From Dehalococcoidia bacterium (lineage in GTDB: Bacteria > Chloroflexota > Dehalococcoidia > UBA2979), in NCBI GenBank assembly GCA_963667465.2, contig CAXXDN010000002.1, forward strand, positions 1,664,001-1,728,000: DNA of 64,000 nucleotides, read 5' to 3'. Position numbers and translations under genes: made by a program. Of this stretch, positions 1-8,390 are shown one piece after another (the first letter of the stretch is position 1; each line of letters opens with the position of its first letter). The notes beneath the pieces were generated by a model. The model searched no databases. It worked only from the letters and a program-made list of their open reading frames with translations, and was not told the DNA's origin.

Positions 1-510
1 AGTGCGCGTCCCCCTGACGCGGGCGCGCGCCCTTGCGGTCTCTGCGCTCGCGTTCGGCGTGCTCGGCGCGCTCGGGATCGCACCCGGTTCGGCCGGAGCC
101 GAGGAGCCGCCCGTCCCTCCGCCTCCGGATTACGAGTACGACGTGCTGCCCGGCTCGATCTCCGACCGGCCCGGCCTTACCGCGATCGAGCTGGTCGGGG
201 CGCTCGAGTGCGACGAACTGAAGGTGGTGTGGATCGCCGCTACCGACCCCGTCGCCTCGCTCCCCAACGCCGAGTGCGTGCGCGCGTCGCTCCAGCGCCC
301 CCCAGGCGGCTGAGTCCCGGCCCATGGCCACGCCGAGGCAACCACGATCGGTGTAGATTGATGGAAGCACAGAGTCGGGCGGGCAGCATGCGAGCAATGC
401 CCTGACGCACCTGCGAACGATGGCGAGGCGGCTTGCGATTGGGCAGCGCGCGTGGCTGCTCGCCGCGGTCAGCGTCCTCGTCTCGCTCGCCGTCGTCGGC
501 GGCCTCTGGC
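1..510 (+). repeat. Copy 1 of ~510 bp duplicated unit (end of upstream gene + small ORF + intergenic + signal-peptide start)
   Basis: Near-identical to 2767-3275 by direct reading. Confidence 0.9.
2..313 (+). CDS. Small secreted protein (possibly truncated), overlapping the end of an upstream gene
   Basis: Signal-peptide-like N-terminus (ALAVSALAFGVLGALG..AGAEE), Pro-rich linker, YEYDVLPG motif; frameshifted near-copy at ~2768-3079. Confidence 0.45.
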   Translation: MRVPLTRARALAVSALAFGVLGALGIAPGSAGAEEPPVPPPPDYEYDVLPGSISDRPGLTAIELVGALECDELKVVWIAATDPVASLPNAECVRASLQRPPGG

Positions 511-2783
511 TGGGCTTCGGCAGCGGCGGCGGCGCCGCGCAGGCGCAAACCGCGTGTGAGACGGGCGGGGCCACGCCTGCTGGCGGCGCACTCGCGAGTG
601 ACTGCGAGGTGCTGCTCAGTCTCAAGTCACAACTGGCGGGGACCGCGACCCTGAACTGGAGCGCCGGCCTCGCGATCGCGAGCTGGGACGGCGTGCACGT
701 GCAGTCGGGGCGGGTCACGACCGTGAACCTCATCGACAGGGGGCTTGCGGGTACGCTGCCCGCCCGCCTCTCGGAGTTGACCGCTCTCGTGAGCCTGGCC
801 CTGAACGACAACCAGCTCACGGGCGGCATTCCGAAGGAGTGGGGGCAACTCGACGCGCTCAGCTACCTGAGCGTCACCGGCAACCAGCTCACGGGGGGCA
901 TTCCGAAGGAGTTGGGGTCAGGCCCACCGCTGTGGGCGCTGCACCTGGCCGGCAACCAGCTGAGCGGGTCCATCCCAGAGGAACTGGGTCAGTCGGCCTC
1001 GCTGCGGCACCTGACCGTGAACGGCAACAAGCTGAGCGGCAGCCTGCCCGCGAACCTGGATGGGCTCTCGACGTTGAAGGTTTCGGGCAACGCCTTCACG
1101 GGCTGCGTGCCGCCCGTGCTGCGCAAGGTATCGAGCAACGACCTCGGGAAGCTCTCGATCAAGGACTGCGCCACGCCCACTCCCACGCCGACCGCCACCG
1201 CGACTGCCACATCGACTGCCACTGCTACGGCGACTGCTACGCCGACGCCCACGCCGACTCCGACGGCCACGGCGACGCCGACGGCCACGGCGACACCCGC
1301 ACCATTGCCGGTTGTAACGATCACTGCGGCGTCGAGCTCGGTAAGCGAGGGGCGCCCTGCACGCTTCGTGGTCAGCCGCACGGGTACCACCGTCGCCGCG
1401 CTGACGGTGGCGCTGAGCGTGAACGAGACGGGCAGCACGCTGAGCGGCACAGCGCCCGCCTCGCTGACCATCCCCGCGGGCGCGGCGAGCGCCGCGCTCG
1501 ACGTCCCGACCGAGGACGACGCCGTGGACGAGCCGGACAGCGTCGTCACGGCGACGGTCACGGCGGGCTCGGGCTACACGGTCGGCTCGCCAGCCGCGGC
1601 AGGGGTCACCGTCCAGGACGACGACACTCCCGCGCCCGCCTCGCTGCGCTACGACACCTACGACACGACCGGCGCCGTCACGACGGCCGGCAGCTACGCC
1701 TTCCTCGAGGCGAGCGCCAGCGAGGCGTCACGAGACGGCAGCGCGGCGACGGACGGGACCGCGGGGTCGCTCGCGGTCGTCACGACCTACGAGGGGCTCC
1801 GCCGGGACGCGACTATGCTGAAGATCCACCGTGCCGACGCCGACGGCACCCTGCGCGATGTCTACTACGGCGCCGTGGCGGTGGGCGACCTGGTCGAGTG
1901 GCGCACGAGCGATGACTGCTTCGTGCGCTACCGCGTGACCTCCTCGCCAGCGGCGACCGCGGCCTACCGCGAGTTCGGAGTGCAGCCCGAGACGTACGTC
2001 TTCCAGGGCTGCCAGTCGGGCTCGCTCCCGGCGGGTGCGGGAGGGGCCGGGCAGAGAGCTGCGTCGACAGCGCCCGCCGCCGCGACGATCACCGCGGCCT
2101 CCGCGCTGCCGCTTGCGGCCTACGGCGGGACCAGCCTCCAGTCCTTCGCCGTCGTGCACGGCCCCTGGCAGTACGCACCCGGCGTACGGCCGGAGCCAGG
2201 TGCGCTCACCCAGCCGCGCGCGGACGTGGCCGCCTTGCCTCGCGTGAGGCCGGAGGATGCGAGCGAGGTCCGCCTCCGCCAGCGCGAACTGAGGACGACT
2301 GATCTTGCGGTGGCGCGCGGGCTGCCCTACTGGCGAGAGCCGGCGGCGGGAGCCCTGCCGGAGGACTGGACGTTCGCGCTCGCACTGGGCGGGGAGTCGA
2401 ACGGCTACAACTACACCGGTTATGGAGCGGCCTGGAACAACGCTGGCGGGTACCCGGCGCTGGAGATCGAGGGCATCTACTACCCCGCCGGGACTCGCGC
2501 AGGTGCGAAGGTGTCGAGCTGGACGACGAGTGCAGGCCTCACGGTGGTGGAGCCGATCGTGGTCGCGGGCCGCCCGGCGTGGGTGCAATACAGCCCTGCA
2601 GGTCCAAACCAGGTCACGGTGTTCCCGACCAGGATGTGGGTCTACGACGCCGCGAGCGAGACTGCGTACTTCGTGTGGGGGAACGATGGAAGCCTCCATG
2701 TCGACGCTCCCGGAGCGGTCGAGCGCCTTGTCCGCATCGCCTGCAGCCTGTTCCTGAGCGCGAGCGAGTGCGCGTCCCCCTGA
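420..2783 (+). CDS. Secreted/anchored LRR protein with PT/AT linker, Calx-beta domain, 'LRYDTYDTTG' domain and DUF4367-like C-terminal domain
   Basis: N-terminal TM; plant-type LRRs (LxLxxNQLTGGIP); Calx-beta-like VSEG..VTVQDDD; C-terminal ..VAGRPAWV..ERLVRIA. Confidence 0.85.
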   Translation: MARRLAIGQRAWLLAAVSVLVSLAVVGGLWLGFGSGGGAAQAQTACETGGATPAGGALASDCEVLLSLKSQLAGTATLNWSAGLAIASWDGVHVQSGRVTTVNLIDRGLAGTLPARLSELTALVSLALNDNQLTGGIPKEWGQLDALSYLSVTGNQLTGGIPKELGSGPPLWALHLAGNQLSGSIPEELGQSASLRHLTVNGNKLSGSLPANLDGLSTLKVSGNAFTGCVPPVLRKVSSNDLGKLSIKDCATPTPTPTATATATSTATATATATPTPTPTPTATATPTATATPAPLPVVTITAASSSVSEGRPARFVVSRTGTTVAALTVALSVNETGSTLSGTAPASLTIPAGAASAALDVPTEDDAVDEPDSVVTATVTAGSGYTVGSPAAAGVTVQDDDTPAPASLRYDTYDTTGAVTTAGSYAFLEASASEASRDGSAATDGTAGSLAVVTTYEGLRRDATMLKIHRADADGTLRDVYYGAVAVGDLVEWRTSDDCFVRYRVTSSPAATAAYREFGVQPETYVFQGCQSGSLPAGAGGAGQRAASTAPAAATITAASALPLAAYGGTSLQSFAVVHGPWQYAPGVRPEPGALTQPRADVAALPRVRPEDASEVRLRQRELRTTDLAVARGLPYWREPAAGALPEDWTFALALGGESNGYNYTGYGAAWNNAGGYPALEIEGIYYPAGTRAGAKVSSWTTSAGLTVVEPIVVAGRPAWVQYSPAGPNQVTVFPTRMWVYDAASETAYFVWGNDGSLHVDAPGAVERLVRIACSLFLSASECASP

Positions 2784-3275
2784 CGTGGGCGCGCGCCCTC
2801 GCGCTCTCTGCGCTCGCGTTCGGCGTGCTCGGCGCGCTCGGGATCGCACCCGGTTCGGCCGGAGCCGAGGAGCCGCCCGTCCCTCCGCCTCCGGATTACG
2901 AGTACGACGTGCTGCCCGGGCTCGATCTCCGGCCGAACCGGCCTTACCGCGATCGAGCTGGTCGGGGCGCTCGAGTGCGACGAACTGAAGGTGGTGTGGA
3001 TCGCAGCGACCAACCCCGTCGCCTCGCTCCCCAACGCCGAGCGCGTGCGCGCGGCGCTCCCGCGCCCCCAGGCGGCTGAGTCCTAGCCTGTGAGTACGCC
3101 GAGGCAACCACGCTCGGTGTAGATTGATGGAAGCACAGAGTCGGCGGGCAGCATGCGAGCAATGCCCTGACGCACCTGCGAACGATGGCGAGGCGGCTTG
3201 CGATGGCGCGGCGCGCGTGGCTGCTCGTCGCGGTCAGCGTCGTCGTCTCGCTCGCCGTCGTGAGCGGCCTCTGGC
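2767..3275 (+). repeat. Copy 2 of the duplicated unit; its small ORF is frameshifted (pseudogene or read error)
   Basis: Matches 1-510; indels at ~2920-2945 break the frame. Confidence 0.9.
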
Positions 3276-6200
3276 TAAACTTCAGTGCGGACCCCACTGG
3301 CGCGACCCACACCACAGGGACAGTCGTCACCGTCACGGCGACGGCCGCTGATGGGTACGGTTTGTCGTCCTGGGGCGATGACTGCGCTGGCACGCCCACT
3401 ACCTCGATGACGTGCTCGCTCACGATGGACGCCGACAAGACCGCAAAGGCCACCTTCACCGAGTTGACGTGCGAGAGCGGGCCGGCGGTGCCGAACCCGT
3501 CCGTCAACAGCAGACTCGTCGACGACTGCGCGCGGCTGCTGGCACTGAGGGACACGCTCTCGGAAACCGGCACCCTCAACTGGACACCCGGGACGGCAAT
3601 GACGAGCTGGACGGGCGTAACTGTCGGCGGGTCGCCCCGGCGCGTGACGAAGCTGCACCTGGCGAACAATGGGCTGACCGGGCAGGTCTCGGGATTGATT
3701 GGGGAGCTTACCGGGCTGACCGAGTTGCGGCTGAACGGGAACAAGCTCACGGGCAGGCTGCCGTCGAAACTGGGGCAGCTCACCAGGCTCACGCACGCCT
3801 ACATCGCTGGCAACGCTTTCGCGGGCTGCGTGCCGCCGCTGCTGCGTACCGTCGCGAATAACGATGTCGTGCATGTCGGTTTGGCAGACTGTGCGGAGCC
3901 GATCGACGTTAGCTGCGAGTACGGCCCGTTGACGGCAGGCGCGTACCAGTTCCGGTGGGACGACCAATCGGTGCCTCTCATCTTCGACATTCCGCCTGGT
4001 CTGACGCTGCGCGTCGACGCCGTGGTGATCCCGGAGGTAGGTGAGGACGGCTCGTACGCCCCTCCAGGCCTCATTCTGCAACATTATCAGGGCGACTCTT
4101 GGATCTGCCTCGACCTCGAGGACGGCTCGGAGTGCAACCGCTGGACGCCATCGTCCGCCGGGGTGCGCGAATCGAACTCTGCCAGGGTGCGCGGGTCGAG
4201 CGAAGCGGATGTCGACTCCCTCTTCGACCGCTTGGCGGAGTCCGTATGGGTGGAACGCGCTGGCACGCCAGCGACCTCGGCGACGTGCTCGCTCACGATG
4301 GACGCGGACCGCACAGCCTCCGCGACGTTCGCGAAGAACAGCGCACCCACCACGCTCCGCTACTCGACCTACGACACGACCGGGCAGGCGGCGACGGCCG
4401 GGAGCTACGCCTTCCTCACGGCGAACGGCGCTGGCAGCCAGCGGGAGGGCGGAGACGGGGGCGCGCGCCAGTCGGAAGGGTCCACCACCCCGGTCGCCAT
4501 CACGACCTACGAGGGCCTGCGTACCGAGGCCGACACGCTGCGCATCCACGTCACCGACGGTTCCGGCGTCTCGCGCGCGAGCTTCTACGGCACGGTGGGG
4601 GTGGGCGACACGTTCGAGTGGCGCGAGGCGAGCGATTGCTGGGTGCGCTACCTCGTGACCGCTGTCAAGCCGGGAACCTCGCCGCGCGAGTTTGTGATCT
4701 GGCCCTACTCGTACACGTACACCGGTTGCAGCGGCACGGTGGCCAGCGGTCGCAGTGCGCCGGGTGACACCGCTCAGGGCGGTGAGCGCTCGCCAGCGAC
4801 CGCCACCGCGATGCGTGACTTCACATGGAAGCCCGCGTACCTGCGGACGGGCGACTTCAAGGTCCCGACCTGGCACGGCCCGTGGCTGATTGTCCCTACG
4901 AGTTGGACCGGACCGGTCCCTGTCGCCCGATCCCTGGCTCCGCCTGTCGCCCCACCTGCTATCACGTGGCCGCCGGATCCCCTCCCCGACCCGGACCTCG
5001 GAGCCGGCTGGCGCGGCGGCATTACGCCCGGCTATCCGCCAAGCGAACTCGAAGGCTGGTACTCGCACAGCGACGGGGGCATCCTGAGCGCCTACATATG
5101 GCAACTCCAGAAGTGGCCGCTTGACGTCTACCGCATGGGGTTGCCCCCCAGCAAAGCCGCGCGGATCAACGAGTTCGTCATCATAGATGGGCGTCCGGCA
5201 CACGTGTCTTACTCGCGTGTGAAACACGACGGATCGGAGGCTCAAGCGATAATCTTTGATCCGGCAACGGGGCTGGTCTACAACGTGAGTGACGGCCCGC
5301 TCGCCCGCCAGAACGACCCCGAGGCGACGATCGAGCTCGCGAAGAAGTTCATCCTGCCCGCGACCGCGACCGCGACCGTGACCCCGACGACCTACGCGCT
5401 AACGCTCTCCGCCGCGACGGGTGGAAGCCTGAGTGCGGACCCCGCCGGGGGGAGCCACGCTGCGGGAACAGTCGTCACCGTCACGGCGAACGCTGCCGAT
5501 GGGTACGGCCTCTCCTCGTGGGGCGATGATTGCGCTGGCACGCCTGCTACCTCGACGACGTGCTCGCTCACGATGGACGCGGACCGCACAGCCTCCGCGA
5601 CGTTCGCGAAGAACAGCGCACCCACCACGCTCCGCTACAGCACGTACGACACGACCGGGCAGGCGGCGACCGCCGGCAGCTACGCATTCCTCACGGCGAA
5701 CGGCGCTGGCAGCCAGAGGGAGGGCGGGGACGAGGGCGCGCGCCAGTCGGAAGGGTCCACCACCCCGGTCGCCATCACGACCTACGAAGGCCTGCGTACC
5801 GAGGCCGACACCCTGCGCATCCACGTCACCGACGGCTCGGGCGTCTCGCGCGCGAGCTTCTACGGCACGGTGGGGGTGGGCGACACGTTCGAGTGGCGGG
5901 AGGCGAGCGATTGCTGGGTGCGCTACCTCGTGACGGCGATCAAGCCGGGAACCTCGCCGCGCGAGTTTGTGATCTGGCCCTACTCGTACACGTACACGGG
6001 TTGCAGCGGCACGGTGGCCAGCGGTCGCAGTGCGCCGGGTGACACCGCTCAGGGCGGTGAGCGCTCGTCAGCGACCGCCACCGCGATGCGTGACTTCACA
6101 TGGAAGCCCGCGTACCTGCGGACGGGCGACTTCAAGGTCCCCACATGGCACGGACCGTGGGTGATTGTCCCTACGAGTTGGACCGGACCGGTCCCTGTCG

Positions 6201-7882
6201 CCCGATCCCTGGCTCCGCCTGTCGCCCCACCTGCTATCACGTGGCCGCCGGATCCCCTCCCCGACCCGGACCTCGGACCCGGCTGGCGGGGGGGCGTGCA
6301 CATGGGCTACGGGGAACTGGAAGGCTGGTACTCCCATGCTGACGGCGGCAGTCTTGACGTCTACATATGGCAACTCCAGAAGTGGCCGCTCGGCGTCTAC
6401 CGCATGGGGTTGCCCTTCAGCGAAGCCGCGCGGATCAACGAGTTCGTCATCATCGATGGGCGTCCGGCACACGTGTCTTACTCGCGTGTGAAACACGACG
6501 GATCGGAGGCTCAAGCGATAATCTTTGATCCGGCAACGGGGCTGGTCTACAACGTGCGTGGCGGCCCGCTCGCCCGCCAGAACGACCCCGATGCGACGAT
6601 CGAGATCGCGAAGAAGTTCATCCTGCCCGTGACCCCGACCGACACCGCGCCGCCGACCGCGACCGTGACCCCGACGACCTACGCGCTGGCGCTCTCCGCC
6701 GCGACAGGTGGAAGCCTCAGCGCGGGCCCAGCCGGGGAGAGCCACGCTGCGGGGACAGTCGTCACCGTCACGGCGACCGCCGCTGATGGGTACGGCCTCT
6801 CCTCGTGGGGTGATGACTGCGCTGGCACGCCAGCGACCTCGGCGACGTGCTCGCTCACGCTGGACGCGGACCGCACAGCCTCCGCGACGTTCGCGAAGAA
6901 CAGCGCACCCACCACGCTCCGCTACTCGACCTACGACACGACCGGCGCTGTGACGGCGGCGGGCAGCTACGCCTTCCTCGCGAACGGGGGCGGCGCGCAG
7001 GCAGGCGCGGAGCGCGCGTCCGCTGGCGCAACCGCGACGGTGCTGACGACCTACGAGGGCTGGCGCGAGGAGGCCGACACGCTGCGCATCAACCTCACCG
7101 ATGGTGCCGGGGTCTCGCGCGCCTCGTTCTACGGCACGGTCACCGCCGGCGACATGTTCGAGTGGCGCATCGCCAACGACTGCTGGACGCGCTACCAGGT
7201 GATGAGGGCACCGGGAGCAGTCGCACTCGCTACCGACACGACGAGCAACCACCGCGAGTTCGGGGTCAAGCCGGTGTCGTATGCCTTCACGGGCTGTGGC
7301 GGCATGGTCGCCGCATCCACTGCGGGAGTGGCCGACTTCGGGCCATTGCCTGTCCTCGGCGGCCTCTCGCTCACCGTGCCGGTGGTCCACGGCATCTTCC
7401 AGCTCGTCCCTGCTGGCTGGACCGGTTCCACGAAGCCTGTGGGCCCTCGAATGCCTGCGCGTCCCACGATCCCGTCGGCAGAGGCGACGAGCCTGGCCGA
7501 GGCGCGCAAGTTGCCCCATTGGCGCGAGCCGGAGCTGTCGGAGGGTTGGAAGTTCTCCTACGCTGTGAGCGGGGATGAAGCCGAAGCAGGGTACTTCACG
7601 GCCTACTACAACGGCCTCGATCTGACCGTCTCCGCCGCAGGAATCAATGCGAAGTACTCGCCAAAGCAGGCCAGCGAAACCTACTACAACGGTAGCCGGA
7701 CCAGCGTCCGCGAGACGCTGCAGATCGCGGGCCGGCCCGCGCGGGTACACCGTAGCCTCACTGCCAAACAGTTCCCCACGACCGTGCACGTGTGGGACGA
7801 GGCGACGGGCGTGCTCTACACGCTCCACTGGAGCGGCCACGCGGCAAAGCTGATCGCGCTCGCCGAGAGCATGTTCGAGTAG
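3185..7882 (+). CDS. Large modular surface protein: LRRs, divergent InlB B-type repeats and three 'LRYSTYDTTG'+DUF4367-like modules
   Basis: Repeated GTVVTVTATAADGY..SWGDDC..CSLTMDADRTASATF units; LRR cap and LRRs; three internal modules. Confidence 0.85.
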   Translation: MARRLAMARRAWLLVAVSVVVSLAVVSGLWLNFSADPTGATHTTGTVVTVTATAADGYGLSSWGDDCAGTPTTSMTCSLTMDADKTAKATFTELTCESGPAVPNPSVNSRLVDDCARLLALRDTLSETGTLNWTPGTAMTSWTGVTVGGSPRRVTKLHLANNGLTGQVSGLIGELTGLTELRLNGNKLTGRLPSKLGQLTRLTHAYIAGNAFAGCVPPLLRTVANNDVVHVGLADCAEPIDVSCEYGPLTAGAYQFRWDDQSVPLIFDIPPGLTLRVDAVVIPEVGEDGSYAPPGLILQHYQGDSWICLDLEDGSECNRWTPSSAGVRESNSARVRGSSEADVDSLFDRLAESVWVERAGTPATSATCSLTMDADRTASATFAKNSAPTTLRYSTYDTTGQAATAGSYAFLTANGAGSQREGGDGGARQSEGSTTPVAITTYEGLRTEADTLRIHVTDGSGVSRASFYGTVGVGDTFEWREASDCWVRYLVTAVKPGTSPREFVIWPYSYTYTGCSGTVASGRSAPGDTAQGGERSPATATAMRDFTWKPAYLRTGDFKVPTWHGPWLIVPTSWTGPVPVARSLAPPVAPPAITWPPDPLPDPDLGAGWRGGITPGYPPSELEGWYSHSDGGILSAYIWQLQKWPLDVYRMGLPPSKAARINEFVIIDGRPAHVSYSRVKHDGSEAQAIIFDPATGLVYNVSDGPLARQNDPEATIELAKKFILPATATATVTPTTYALTLSAATGGSLSADPAGGSHAAGTVVTVTANAADGYGLSSWGDDCAGTPATSTTCSLTMDADRTASATFAKNSAPTTLRYSTYDTTGQAATAGSYAFLTANGAGSQREGGDEGARQSEGSTTPVAITTYEGLRTEADTLRIHVTDGSGVSRASFYGTVGVGDTFEWREASDCWVRYLVTAIKPGTSPREFVIWPYSYTYTGCSGTVASGRSAPGDTAQGGERSSATATAMRDFTWKPAYLRTGDFKVPTWHGPWVIVPTSWTGPVPVARSLAPPVAPPAITWPPDPLPDPDLGPGWRGGVHMGYGELEGWYSHADGGSLDVYIWQLQKWPLGVYRMGLPFSEAARINEFVIIDGRPAHVSYSRVKHDGSEAQAIIFDPATGLVYNVRGGPLARQNDPDATIEIAKKFILPVTPTDTAPPTATVTPTTYALALSAATGGSLSAGPAGESHAAGTVVTVTATAADGYGLSSWGDDCAGTPATSATCSLTLDADRTASATFAKNSAPTTLRYSTYDTTGAVTAAGSYAFLANGGGAQAGAERASAGATATVLTTYEGWREEADTLRINLTDGAGVSRASFYGTVTAGDMFEWRIANDCWTRYQVMRAPGAVALATDTTSNHREFGVKPVSYAFTGCGGMVAASTAGVADFGPLPVLGGLSLTVPVVHGIFQLVPAGWTGSTKPVGPRMPARPTIPSAEATSLAEARKLPHWREPELSEGWKFSYAVSGDEAEAGYFTAYYNGLDLTVSAAGINAKYSPKQASETYYNGSRTSVRETLQIAGRPARVHRSLTAKQFPTTVHVWDEATGVLYTLHWSGHAAKLIALAESMFE
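4258..6630 (+). repeat. Internal ~1.1 kb direct repeat (4258-5385 vs 5532-6630)
   Basis: Near-identical DNA with one divergent patch. Confidence 0.9.
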
Positions 7883-7886
7883 CGCC

Positions 7887-8276
7887 GTGCTGCGCGGCGT
7901 CCTCTTGGCGTTCGGCGCCGCCACACTGATCGGGCTGACGCTTGCGCTGCCCGCGCGACTGACGGATGCCGACGCGCAGGGCAGCACGGCACCTGCCTAC
8001 GAGATCGACGTGTTGCCTGGGGTCGCCGACGGCGACCCCACGAACGCCAAGCGCTGGAGCATCGACGCAGCGGGCAACGCAACCGGCTTGACGCTGCTCG
8101 CGAACCATGCGCTGCCGGGGCTCGGTCCCAGCTTACCGAGATGCCAAGCCGCTCAGACGCTCACCGACCGGCGCGAGGCGGACCGTCGCCCGAGGCCGTT
8201 CTCGTTCAGAGAACACATGGCCTCGACCAGACCGGTCTCAATGACCGTGCCTTCGCAGTGCCGGCCCGGAGGATGA
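7887..8276 (+). CDS. Small secreted protein, probably truncated; related to the 2..313 ORF
   Basis: Signal peptide followed by YEIDVLPG motif. Confidence 0.45.
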   Translation: MLRGVLLAFGAATLIGLTLALPARLTDADAQGSTAPAYEIDVLPGVADGDPTNAKRWSIDAAGNATGLTLLANHALPGLGPSLPRCQAAQTLTDRREADRRPRPFSFREHMASTRPVSMTVPSQCRPGG

Positions 8277-8390
8277 CCTGGCGGCCGGGGTTGGCGGCAG
8301 TAACGCCCCGCACGGATTGCGGCTATACTACGGTCGTGGTGGGGAAACTCGGAGCTGACTGTGGGCTCTTCGCCGCCACACCCTACGAAA

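Noticed and set aside
1170-1300. Low-complexity GCCAC/GCGAC repeats as a possible array
   Set aside because: In-frame PT/AT linker between LRR and Calx-beta; no spacers
4258-6630. DGR template/variable repeat pair
   Set aside because: Differences are not adenine-specific, both copies are coding, and no reverse transcriptase is in the window
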